Part shown: positions 1 to 10,600 of the stretch, in pieces | Numbering within the stretch: position 1 is the first letter of the stretch | Layout of the letters: each line of letters opens with the position of its first letter | Translations under genes and position numbers: made by a program | NCBI GenBank assembly: GCA_964019335.1 | Contig: OZ025651.1 | Coordinates: 124,001 to 188,000 of the forward strand | Length of the DNA: 64,000 bases | Origin: Diplonema japonicum | Lineage: Eukaryota; Protista; Euglenozoa: Diplonemea | Direction of reading: 5' to 3' | The notes under the pieces: model-generated | The model's database searches: none | Seen by the model: the letters and a program-made list of their open reading frames with translations, nothing else | What the model was told of the DNA's origin: nothing

Positions 1-852
1 CTGCCCCGCGACGACCCTGATGCTGAACGATACCGTCCCATCATCTGCAGTGGAGAGCGGGTCATCGGCGCTATCTAGCACTGTGCAGGTAACTAGTGTG
101 GTGCCGACACGATTCCTTTCCGGAGTGAAAGTGAGGGCACCCGTTGCTGGGTTGATGGCAGGACCGCCCATGGCCGCAAAGAGGGCCGGGTTAGTTGGCA
201 CGCAGATGATGCTTGCGATTGTTTGAGCAGCTTCTTGACCGAACGGTACAGTGCCAGCGATGGCCGGGGGAGGCCCTGCGGGGATGGGCACAGACAGCAA
301 CGGAGTAGTCTGTGCACCTGCGTTCTCAGGGGCGGTGACGGGAGTTGCGGGAAGGCCTGTGGCAGAAGCAAGCGTGGGGAGGGGCGGGTTGTTCACTTCA
401 TTGATGGTCAGCGTCGTGGTCTGCAGCGCACCCGCCTCACCAGCAGCGTCTCGAATCTGCACCTGGAACGTGACAACACCCGACGCATAAGGGGCAAGCT
501 CGTAGGTGAGGGTCAAAGAGCACCCTGGCGCAGGGTCACAACCCACGGGCCCAGGTGCCCCAGCAGGTGAAGCGCCTCCCACAGGCACCGACACTGTAGG
601 CGGGACTGTGAAGAAATTACTGTTTGGTGCAATATTCACCACCACGGCATCCGCAGCAGTCCCCGTGAACCCATCTGTTCCCATGTCTCCATCAAGAAGA
701 GCTACAATAAAACCATTCACAGTCTGAACTCCTGCAGCCCCTTCACTGTTCACCAAATTCGTGGTCTGCGTAAAGCTCGGCACTATTGCTACCGCGACCT
801 CAGGCCAGAACACTAAAGCGCATAAAAGGAGGACATGGCTCGGTGGAGCCAT
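1..852 (-). CDS. Secreted/surface protein with bacterial-type cadherin/Ig-like repeats (5' part only; runs off the window); paralog of 7648..14220
   Basis: Absent from the ORF track. My translation from ATG at 852 is open to base 1: MAPPSHVLLLCALVFWPEVAVA (signal-peptide-like) ... INEVNNPP ... PENAG ... GQEAAQ ... PTNPALF ... PAINPATGALTFTPERNRVG. This is the same repeat grammar as the 7648..14220 protein. Confidence 0.8.
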   Translation of the reverse strand, partial: MAPPSHVLLLCALVFWPEVAVAIVPSFTQTTNLVNSEGAAGVQTVNGFIVALLDGDMGTDGFTGTAADAVVVNIAPNSNFFTVPPTVSVPVGGASPAGAPGPVGCDPAPGCSLTLTYELAPYASGVVTFQVQIRDAAGEAGALQTTTLTINEVNNPPLPTLASATGLPATPVTAPENAGAQTTPLLSVPIPAGPPPAIAGTVPFGQEAAQTIASIICVPTNPALFAAMGGPAINPATGALTFTPERNRVGTTLVTCTVLDSADDPLSTADDGTVSFSIRVVAGQ

Positions 853-1068
853 TGCCCCCTGTGCCTTTGATTTGTAGTTTTTTTAGCGACTAGCGAACAC
901 TCCGAAAGAAAATAGGAACAAAAAGAAAACGGAAAAAAAAAAAGAAGCAAAACACCATATAAATACCTCACTCCCTCCTCTGACTCGGGGGACAAAAAAA
1001 GTCATCTCAAAATATAAAAACATAAAAAAGAAAGCCGACCCCAACGCTCACTGCTCCCTTCATGTCTA

Positions 1069-3259
1069 TTATGCACCTGGAAGAGCAGCGAGTGCCTCAT
1101 CATCGCTGCCATAATCGGGATAGGGCAGGTCAGCTGAGACGGGCGGAGTGTAGACGCTTCGGGGTCGGTTTAAAGCTGGCTTGTCCATTCTGAAAGGAGA
1201 GGAATCAGTGAAGAGAGGCTGGCCGGCTGCGAAGGCTGCGAGGGCACCTGAGGAAGACGAGACGCGGGGGGAGGAGGTGTGCTGGATGAGCGCATCGAAG
1301 GCGGAAACAACATCCTCCTGCGGAGTGGGGGAGGGTGTCCTGGTGGTCAGCCCCACCCCCTCAACAGAGTCTGTGGGTGTCTTTGTCAGGATATCACTTG
1401 AGTACTCAGTTGGGAACACTGCAGGAGAAGACTCCGGCACCGGGGGAACCGCAGCCTGAACCTGAGCCTCAGAAGGAAGCACTTTCGGTGGAGGAGGCTC
1501 CATCACTGGCACTACTGGAGCCGTAACAACCTCAGGAGGAGGCTTCAGCACTGGCGCCACTGCAGCCGTAACAACCTCAGGAGGAGGCTTCAGCACTGGC
1601 ACCACTGCAGCCGTAACAACCTCAGGAGGAGGCTTCAGCACTGGCGCCACTGCAGCCGTAACAACCTCAGGAGGAGGCTCCAACACTGGAACTACCGGTG
1701 CCGGAACAACCTCAGGAGGCACCATCACTGGTGCCACTGGAGCCGGAACAACCTCCGGAAGAGGCTCCAACACTGGAGCCACGGAGTCCATCACAGGCGG
1801 AGGTTCCAGCACAGGAGCAACAGCAGACCCTAGAACTCCTACAACAGGAGGAGGCTCCAGCACTGGTAAAGGGGGAAGCTTACCACCCAAGTCAGGGGGC
1901 GGGGGCAGTGTGCTCACCCCAACATCGGTGGGCTTTGTGGGTGCTGCTGGGAGGTCGTCGGAGAGTTTCTTTCCTGCAACTCTCTCCTCCCGTTCCTCCT
2001 CTTCCTGCCCTGCTGTTCTCGACTTGAAGTTCTCCGCCAACGCCTGTGTTAAATGACTTTCAAGAAAAACAAAAAAAGAAACCTGAATGTGCGCCGGTCC
2101 TATCCCACAGCATCCGCCGACTATGCGAACATCGCTTCCTTGCACCCATGCCTGTGGTTCGCAATTAAAAGACACAACATTTTAACAGATACCTCAACGT
2201 GGCTTACGAACTTGTCAATGTCGAGGTGTGCATACGTCCAGTGCGGCATTTCGAAGGTGCCGTGCTCTGGATAGGCTCCAAGGTATCCGGTCCTATATTG
2301 TTCTCCTTCCAGAAATTAAAAAAAACAAAAAAATACCAAACACTTCGAACGGCAGTAATGGCATGCGGCATCAAGGAGAGGGGTGTGTGGTGCACACAGA
2401 CGGCGACAATATTGGGCCGGTCCTCAGTCAGCTTCTGAACAGAAGAAGCGAGAGTGGTGTCGCCAAGACCACCCAGCTTGATGGGGATGTTAGAGGCAAG
2501 CTGGCCCTTGACAGCTGTCATGACAGAACCTTCCTCAGGAACGGGAACGGAGAGGCTAAGGATGACAGGAAGCGTTGTATCGCACGCAGCCTTGACGGCT
2601 ATCTCGCCGTGCTGCATATCCCACACCATCTCAACTATGATGCAGTCCACACCAGCATCAACAAGAGACTTGGCGTGCGCGGTGATGTTGGCTGTTTCTG
2701 TCAAGGTGTCAGGCCATTCACCAGCATCGAATCCAGACCCCTCTGTTTGTTTAGGAGGGTGGCATGACAGGGAGCCTGCAACTAATGGATATGGCTTGAC
2801 GTTCTTCCCGCGGAGAAATGTTTTCCTTGCGTCCTTGGCGATCCTGACAGCGGCGGCGGTTGACTTTTCTGAGATCGAGCCCAGCCCAGCGCCTTGCATT
2901 ACGTTAGGATTTGTGCAATATGTGTTAGCAGTAATTATGTGTGCGCCTGCATTGAGATATGATTCGTGGACGTCCTGGACAACTTCTGGGTATGTGAAGT
3001 TTGCAGAGCATGACCACCCCAACGAGTTCATCGATTGATCACCAGCTAGCCTTTCGATTTCTGTCCCCGTCGCCCCGTCCAGTATTATCACTCCGCCCTT
3101 CTCCAGCACCTTTCCTTCAAGATCTTTCCATCGGGCCCATGGGTCCCCGCTTTCGTCTTCCACCTCTGGTTCTTCTTCCTTTTTCGTCTCATCTTTCTTC
3201 GTACCCAAAATGTCCACTCCAGTCACCGACTCCAGAACCTTCATCATCGCCAAGGCCAT
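1069..3259 (-). CDS. Homocysteine S-methyltransferase family protein with long Pro/Val-rich C-terminal extension; 4 exons, 688 aa
   Basis: ILDGATGTEIER, GAHIITANTY and VAGSLS motifs. Removing GT-AG introns 2293-2336, 2152-2192 and 2044-2082 restores ...RSVWTGYLGAYPEHG...IVGGCCGIGPAHIQALA and joins ORFs 2204..3259 and 1069..2175. The spliced length of 2067 nt is a multiple of 3. Confidence 0.88.
1500..1870 (-). repeat. 45-nt coding tandem repeat (PPPEVVTAAVAPVLK)n, degenerate at both edges
   Basis: Near-identical gccgtaacaacctcaggaggaggcttcagcactgg units visible in the DNA. Confidence 0.85.
2044..2082 (-). other. Spliceosomal intron, 39 nt (in-frame, stop-free)
   Basis: CAG|GTTTCT...TTTAACACAG|GCG. 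U-rich insert directly after the conserved GGCCGIGPxHI motif. Confidence 0.7.
2152..2192 (-). other. Spliceosomal intron, 41 nt
   Basis: GAG|GTATCT...CCACAG|GCA. Removal is needed to reach the GGCCG exon in frame. Confidence 0.85.
2293..2336 (-). other. Spliceosomal intron, 44 nt
   Basis: TG|GTATTT...ATATAG|G. Restores WTGYLGAYPE. Confidence 0.85.
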
Positions 3260-3321
3260 TTCTTTTTTTGTTGGGTCTGAAAGAGACGGGTTTTGTTTCT
3301 TTTTTTTTTTTTAAATAGGTG

Positions 3322-3357
<36 letters not shown>

Positions 3358-4151
3358 TGTAATCCAAGAAAAAGATTTTTATTTTACCCTCCTGATAAAA
3401 TTGCCGCTTTGTCAGGGGCTTTCTTTTTTTTTTTCACAGGGGTACAGTTTTTTTGTTGTCGGGGGGGGCAATCATGGCCTTTTCGCTGTGAAATACATCT
3501 GTTTTTCCCCCCTCCCCGGCGATTTTCGATTTCCTGGTTCCTTTACAGTAATGTGGGAGAATAAAAATCTTTTGAATGGAAAAAAAAGGGGGGGGTAGAG
3601 AAGGGAAGGAAAAGAATAGGAAAGAAAAAAAAGAAAGCGGTTATAGTTCACTTTTTTTTCCCCCTTCTTCTTTTTTATTTCTGGAAAAAAAACTATAAAA
3701 ATTAAAAAAAAAGAATTCTGGTTGTGTGCAAACAATACAGCCAAGAAAAAAGGAAATAAAAAAAGAAAAAAAAAAGCGCCCAAGATTATTGAAAGTCGAA
3801 TGTAAAAAAAAAACCTCACGCCCCCTTCCCTGCCAAAAAGGCGGTTTTTCTTTTTTTTTTTTTAAAAAATTTTCTTTTCCCCTTTTGTGTAAGACTTTCA
3901 AAAGTTTGGTAAGCTGGAAAAGACTTCTTCTTTTTCGTTTTCATTCTTTTCTTCTTCTTCTTCTTTTCCTCTTCATCTTGTTGTCACCCTTACCCTGCCT
4001 CTTTCATTTTACTTTCGCTTCGTTCAGCTCCATTCCCAGAACAGAACACACCCCATTAAGAGAAAAGGCAGCAAGGGGAGCGACAAACGGTTTAAAAAAA
4101 AAACAAAAGAAAAAGAATAAACAAAAGAAAATCCCTCTCCCTCCCCTCTCT

Positions 4152-5105
4152 CTAGCCATGGTAATTATCAATATCCTTAATCATGCAACCTTGGTTCTCG
4201 ATGCTGCCTCCAGGCTTCACCTCCCCCCACTCGAAACGTCCCCCTGAGAGGATGACACGGCCGTAAACATCAATCTCCCGCACATCACAGTTGTGGAGGG
4301 TGTTCTGCCCCTTGAAGTCCGCCTTCCTTATGGTGCAGTTCCATAGGGTGCAGTTAGTGATGTCGCAGGTATTGATAGTTGCCCCGCTGATCTGCTGGCC
4401 TACTACATCATCATTGCTGTAGTTGGTCTTTCCAGGAGGTGGTGGGCCTTGAGCCTGGGGAGGGTACCCCTGTGGAGGATAACCCCCTGCCATTGGTGGG
4501 GGAACGCCTTGAGGAGGATATCCTGGCGGACCTGGGGGAGGGTACCCTGCACCCTGAGGAGGGTACCCTGCACCTTGAGGAGGGTACCCTTGTTGCTGAG
4601 GCTGCTGCTGCCCCGGGTTTGGGTAATACCCAGGAGGGCCAGCAGGGGGAGGAACACCCTGAGGAGGGTACCCAGCCATGGCAGGGGGTGCGGACGACTG
4701 CGGTGGCGCGCTTGGAGCAGGCTGCATAGGGGCAGTTTCAATCTTCCCGAAGTCTGTCGCCATGACACGGACGCGGATCTCGCCACTCTTGCAACCGTTT
4801 AGGATGTACCACCCGTCGCTCACCTTGCCCCTGACAAGGCCCGCAAGGGACAGGTCGTACCTTCCCATCTGAGAATCCTTGATGGTGTTACTATCCCACA
4901 CCTCCATCTCCAGCCTTGAGGAGTTCTCGTCTGCGATCATGAATGTAAACTTCTCGTTCCATTCCGGGTTCAGTTGTCCGTCCTTCACCGTTGTCTTGTA
5001 CTTCTTCCCCTCGCACGACACCACCACGTACGGGTCAGACGTACCAAATGTCTCCGTGTTGGCGAGGTTTCTGCACCCCACTATGCGGACATCAAGCTTA
5101 CCCAT
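4152..5105 (-). CDS. C2-domain protein with GYPPQ-rich linker and C-terminal beta-helix/pentapeptide-like domain
   Basis: N-terminal C2 (SDPYVVV, LNPEWNEKF, EVWD with acidic Ca ligands), GYPPQG repeats, and a C-terminus with 5-residue periodicity (ATINT CDITN CTLWN CTIRK). Confidence 0.85.
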   Translation of the reverse strand: MGKLDVRIVGCRNLANTETFGTSDPYVVVSCEGKKYKTTVKDGQLNPEWNEKFTFMIADENSSRLEMEVWDSNTIKDSQMGRYDLSLAGLVRGKVSDGWYILNGCKSGEIRVRVMATDFGKIETAPMQPAPSAPPQSSAPPAMAGYPPQGVPPPAGPPGYYPNPGQQQPQQQGYPPQGAGYPPQGAGYPPPGPPGYPPQGVPPPMAGGYPPQGYPPQAQGPPPPGKTNYSNDDVVGQQISGATINTCDITNCTLWNCTIRKADFKGQNTLHNCDVREIDVYGRVILSGGRFEWGEVKPGGSIENQGCMIKDIDNYHG

Positions 5106-5252
5106 GTCTTTGGATTACCCTCCTTTGTGGTGTTTGTGGGTTTTTTCATGGAAAAGGTAAAAACGTTTTTAAAAGGCACATTCAATATTTTGCTTAGAAA
5201 AAAGGAGGGGGGGGGAGGGGGAGTACTTTCCTTTTAAAAAAAATTGTTATTC

Positions 5253-6677
5253 TTAAGACCGTTTCGTCGACAGGTATTTCCTCTCCTCCTTTTCTGGGAA
5301 GTCCTTGCGCTGCTTCAAGTACTTCTCCCTGTTTGTTCGCCAGCGGTAATGCCACTCCGCCTCGACACGTGTCCCGTCCCATTCAGGGAATGGCGGGTGG
5401 AACCTTATCGCCGGCACGAGAGACCAGATACTGGACCCGGGCTGGCAGCAATGAAAGCTAAACGAGTGTCCTGAAGGCGTCCTCTGTGTGAAAGCAAGGG
5501 CGGCGGAAGTAACAGCGAGTTGCGACGCAAGAGACCGTGGATCAATATTGGATGTAGCAGTTGTAGGGTGAAGTGAATTGCGGCCTATAAGGACACCATT
5601 GGGCTTTACCTTCGGGGCCCATGCCCTCAGAAGCTGAAGGGCCGGGCTGAATTCCATGGCTGAGTCAAGATACACTACATCGAAGTGGCCATCTGGGAAC
5701 TTTGCGGCTTGTGCGACTGCATCGCCTTGATGCTGGTGCAGCCTCTCCTGTACCTCAGAACTGACGAACTCCTTCACTCTGTCTCGGAACCTGCTTAAGG
5801 GTCCACCACACGCTTCTGAATACCTATCTATAGAGTGCACCTCCCCCACGACGCCACTGCTCTCCATTGCCGCCCCCATCACGAACAGTCCAGACCCTGC
5901 GCATGTCCCTACCTCTGCTATCCTCCCGTTGGCGGGGAGCGACAGCGTTGCGTTCCACAGCACATCGAAGTCTCCTGCAGACCACCCCACTGCAAGGATG
6001 TGGTCGAGCACCTTGTAGAAGATCCTTTTCCGATCCGCGTTCATTCCTTGGTGGCAGTGGAACGGGTGCTGCGCAAAAGGGTTTGGGTCCTTGTTGCGTA
6101 TCGAGCTCTCGGAGCCCTGGACCCCACGGGTGGTTGACACACAAGGGTCCGAGTATTCTGGAATGGTAAAGTTCCCCACCGAAGCAGCGTTGTAAAATTT
6201 GGCTTGCAGAAAGTCATCATGTTGCTGCTGCTGTTGTTGTTGTTGCTGTTGTTGATGCTGTTGTGGTGAGCCTGCTTCCCATGTCTTTTGTAGCTCTTTC
6301 GACAGCGCGATGTTCTGAGCGGCCAAGGCAACCCACTCCTTCTCGTTCGCCGTGTATTGCGTCTTCATCAGCTTGTCTATCTCGGCGCAGTTCGTGCTGC
6401 TCCTTCCTGTGTTTGTGTAGCCGCTAGCAAGCTGGCCTCCAACTAACATTACCCCTACAAGACCTACTTCCCCTCCGGATGGGCGTGCACCCATCAACAG
6501 CATCAAATAGAAACCCGCGCACACCCCACTCCAGCACCCGAGGGTGTGTGTTTCCCCGCCTCTCCTGTCTTTATCTTCAATGAGTAATGCCTGGCCTTCG
6601 CTGAAGACTGTCCCTGCTGAGAACACGCAAGCTGCTACTGCGACGCATATTCTCACGACCGACAATGCTTCATGCAT
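5253..6677 (-). CDS. Class I SAM-dependent methyltransferase (Methyltransf_24-like) with N-terminal hydrophobic segments and polyQ
   Basis: IAEVGTCAGSG (motif I), VHSID, FDVVYLDS, WAPKVKPNGVLIG. Confidence 0.8.
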   Translation of the reverse strand: MHEALSVVRICVAVAACVFSAGTVFSEGQALLIEDKDRRGGETHTLGCWSGVCAGFYLMLLMGARPSGGEVGLVGVMLVGGQLASGYTNTGRSSTNCAEIDKLMKTQYTANEKEWVALAAQNIALSKELQKTWEAGSPQQHQQQQQQQQQQQHDDFLQAKFYNAASVGNFTIPEYSDPCVSTTRGVQGSESSIRNKDPNPFAQHPFHCHQGMNADRKRIFYKVLDHILAVGWSAGDFDVLWNATLSLPANGRIAEVGTCAGSGLFVMGAAMESSGVVGEVHSIDRYSEACGGPLSRFRDRVKEFVSSEVQERLHQHQGDAVAQAAKFPDGHFDVVYLDSAMEFSPALQLLRAWAPKVKPNGVLIGRNSLHPTTATSNIDPRSLASQLAVTSAALAFTQRTPSGHSFSFHCCQPGSSIWSLVPAIRFHPPFPEWDGTRVEAEWHYRWRTNREKYLKQRKDFPEKEERKYLSTKRS

Positions 6678-6736
6678 CTCGGCCCTGTGTGGACTGATGA
6701 TATTCGGGGAAGAAATAAAAAACTAGAAAAAAAAAG

Positions 6737-7330
6737 CTAACTTCGTTTCAACAAAACTGCCTCAGACAGTGACTCCGGGTGCATCTTGCTCACAGCTTTC
6801 AAGTATTCATGCCTGTTGATCAGCCTGTTCAGGTAGCTTTGCTTCAGCATATCGAGTCCTTTGCTAGTCATTGAAGAGGGCTTGGGAACAGGCATCTGTG
6901 GCGGTGGAGACGACACAGCACGTGGAGGTGAAAGGCTGGTCACAGGCACTTCAGGAAGCAGCTCAATAGGATGAGACAGAACATAGAACGCGCAAACAAC
7001 AGACCGTGAAGTGCTGTGCAAGAGGGCGTGGGTCTTCAAATATCTAAGGTGGCTAATTGACTGCACCTGTACTCCATCGTAAAGCATCAGGCGCCAGCCT
7101 TTGCTCACACCCACCCATTCTCCATTAGATTTCTCCTCTACTCTGCTCACGACAACATCCCCCTCAATCTCTGTAAAGAAAACCCCACTCTCTCCAGTGA
7201 CCAGCTCCACCGTTTTCACTCCTTCTTGCGACTCACGTTTCGCACCCACAGTGCACTTGTTACAAACGCCCTTCTTTCCCACCTCATACTTACCGCCCCA
7301 CAAACCGCCGCATGTTTTGCATGCGCTCAT
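6737..7330 (-). CDS. Hypothetical protein with CxxC..CxxC motif and degenerate PDZ-like domain (start uncertain)
   Basis: CKTC...CNKC, then GVFFTEIEGDVVVSRVEEKSNGEWVGVSKGWRLMLYDG, resembling a PDZ fold. First ATG is at 7330. Confidence 0.55.
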   Translation of the reverse strand: MSACKTCGGLWGGKYEVGKKGVCNKCTVGAKRESQEGVKTVELVTGESGVFFTEIEGDVVVSRVEEKSNGEWVGVSKGWRLMLYDGVQVQSISHLRYLKTHALLHSTSRSVVCAFYVLSHPIELLPEVPVTSLSPPRAVSSPPPQMPVPKPSSMTSKGLDMLKQSYLNRLINRHEYLKAVSKMHPESLSEAVLLKRS

Positions 7331-7647
7331 CCACTGCTCCTGCACAGGTGGTACGTTCCAGGGAACGGTAGTAAGGGATATATCACAAAATAAAATGGGT
7401 ACAACAGACTAATACTATAAGAGAAAAAAAGGCCGATACGTGTGTGACAGACTTCCGGGGTGCGAATGAGGGGTATCAGAAATTCATAACAAAATCCATG
7501 ATGGGGGGGTAGAGGTTATTAGCAACAACCCACCCAACAAAGACAAAGAGTGGGGCAGAGGGGGGAATCTAGGAAATAAGAAAAAAAGAATACCGAAATA
7601 ATAATATAAAAAAAAAAAAAAAGAAACCCTAAGAAAAATAACCCCCA

Positions 7648-10600
7648 TCACCCGTAATAGTACCCATCGTGCTCGGTGCTGGGGAAGGCACGGTCGATGG
7701 GGTTTTGGTCATGAGGAGGGGGCGAAGGTGATGATGACTGGAGGTCTTGGTGGTCATGTTGGGGTTCCGGTTTGGCACCCTTACCCGACCAGTGCCGGTA
7801 AAGGAAGGTGCCAGCAACGCCGGTTACAACAAGGAAGACAGCAGGTATGAGAATGAGAACAACAAGAGGCGCAACAGAACTATCATCAGAAGTTGTAACG
7901 ACACGCGCAGTCGGGAGCGGGGTTGAGGGAGGCAACGACACGGGTGCCAGCGAAACGGTTATCCCAACCCCCTTCAGCGCTTCCGTGCTTAGTGACGTAT
8001 ACCTCTGCAGCACAGCAGCCGATTTGAAGTGCAGTAAACTTCTTTCGGCATCGACAAGAACGTCGCCCTGTGCAACCCCGAGCAGACTTGTCAGCTTCTC
8101 CTGCACACTCTCACTCGAGACGCCGTCAGCTATCACAAATGGAATGCTGACGAACGTCGAAGGCGGCAACATCGTGATGTGAATGGCTTGCTTTGCTGAC
8201 ACTGCGTTCTCAGTGTCACGCGCGATGACCTCCAGCGTGACGTTCCCAATGCGGTCCTGAGACGCTGCGAAAGTTAGCTGCCCGTCGGGTGTTAACACCG
8301 GCTGGCCGTGCGACGCGAAGAACCGTTGGTTCGAGACACTGACGATGAAGGAAACACCCTGCCCGCCTTCAAAGGGCCCCGGTGAAATGTTCCTCGCAGC
8401 AAGAGTCCTTATCGTAGCCGACGACCCCAGAACATGCTGCAGCACCGGTGACACCAACGTGAAGCTCGGCGGGTCGTTGACAGCCTGCACGTCCACCGTG
8501 ACAATCACTTCATCGCTTGCATCGCGTCCTCCATTCAAAGTCCCCCCGTCATCATGCAGCTTAATGGAGAACACCACTATTCCAAACATGTCAGGGTTGA
8601 GGGTTATGTCGAGTTGGCCTGTTTTGCTTGAGACTTGTACAGACGATATGATGCTCAAAGGACCCTCCGTGATGTTGGTCATGAAAACAATTTTCTGCGC
8701 TTGCTCGTCTTGCGGTCCTGGGGTCATGTCCGACGCCCAGTTGGCGATCCTGACGAAGCCCGAGTCTTCCTTCGTCTTGATCGTCAGCACATTCGGGTAA
8801 AAGATCGGCGGGTCATTCACAGCAACAACCACCGCAGGGATGCGGATCTCCGCCCTTCCTCCCAAGGCGTCGACCACAGCGGTCGACAGGACTGTCTCAC
8901 CGTTCTGATGAAGAGCAGGGGTTAGGGTTAAATCCTTCCCAGGGAATTCTACTTTCGGTTGGACCGCGAACAGCCCTGGAGAGGTGGGTGTTACCGTCAC
9001 TTGAAGATGCTGCGTCATATCTTCCATCCAGCCTCCTGCTGAAAGGTTGCTCAAGAACCCCTTGAAGGTAGTTTCACCGGAATCTTCAAGGACTTCCAGA
9101 TATTCCTGTGCGACCCACACGGGGTCGACCCCCACGACGGGGTCATCGTTCACCGACCGAACCTCCAAAACTACTTGTATGCTGTCTGTTTTCATGGAAA
9201 CAAAGCCTGCACCAGGCGAGTCCCACGCCCTGATTGCCATCTGTACTGTACCGTGCCGGTGCGGCTTCATCGTAAACGAAAGCCGTCCTTCCTCTGACAT
9301 TGTCGGAAGCATGTCGAAGAGGGCCATGTCGGCGGCAGGGATCTCCACCGTAAAGCTCACAAGGTCGCCGTCAGGGTCAGACACCCCTGTGGCCCATGGT
9401 ATGTTGACTTGACCGACATCCTCGTCGACTTGGATTTTCAAAGGCCCGGGAGTGAAGGTAGGCGCGTGATTCACTCTGGAGACCACAAAAGACAGGGTTT
9501 TAACAGCCTCCAAACCCTTGCTGTCCTTAGCAACGACGCTTATATTACCACTCCCATATTTGTTTTTTGGTGTGAGGAAGATTCTCGCTCCGTCTGTCCT
9601 TGCAGTGACGACGTCCGAAGGGTTAGATGTTGCTGCGAACGATACCGTCTGGGTGCCATCTTCCCCAGGGCCTGCTGTGACGTTGGCAATTGCTAAAAAC
9701 GATCTTGGTGACCCAGACTGCGTGGCTTCTACCTTCGTAACCAGCAGTTCAAAGGAAGGTGGATCGTTGACCGGGGTTATTTGCAACTTGAACGGAATAT
9801 CTGCATCACCAACTACCAAGACCAGCTCTGCCGTCCCGAACACATTGTCTTTTGCATGGAACTTCACCCCGTAGGACGGGATAGCCCCTTCGTAGTCTGG
9901 GATGCTTTCAAACAAAACCGGATTCTGCACGAACATCGAGTGGAACTGGCCTGGGGTGGTGATGTTCACCAGCTTAGTCTCCTCGCTTTTGATCCACTTC
10001 TGTATAGTGGTACTCCCAGCGTCTTCTAGGACTGTGATCGTTAACGCACCAACGCCATCGAGGGTGTAGCCCTGCGAGCCTTCCACTGGCTTCACGGTGA
10101 TCGTTGTTGTGATGCATACGTCGTCTGCCTGGTGGCCATCTGACAGGCAAACTGTGGCCTTACTCAAACCGTGCGTATTGGGGTTAAGCTTGAAGGACAG
10201 GTCTCCGTTGACAATCGACACAGATGGCTGGACTTCGAACAGGCCACGATTCTCGGCAGTAACAGTGAACCTGAGGCGTTGGTAGTCCTCGTTAGGGGGT
10301 CCTCGGGTGATGTTCTGCGCCCAAGAGGGCCAGACGTAACCAGGCGCGTTTTCAACTGTAGTAACCGCTGGCCCAGGGGTGAAGGTGGGAGGATCGTTAA
10401 CAGGGTCGACAACTATGACCATCACGATCTGAGTGGATGTGTTGCAGTGCGGGTGGGAGGCAGGGCCGTCGTCGTGCCCGTTGATAAAGATCGCAACCCC
10501 ACCGTAGAAGTCAGGCGCCAGTGTCGCGCGCAGTGTCCACCCTGTGTCTGCAGACTCAAAAGAGAAGAAGGGCTGCGTGGTGAACGCGGAGGTCGGGTCC

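Noticed and set aside
7400-7500. Possible upstream exon and 31-nt intron for the 6737 gene
   Set aside because: The upstream frame hits TGA, and the intron would be shorter than all others found.
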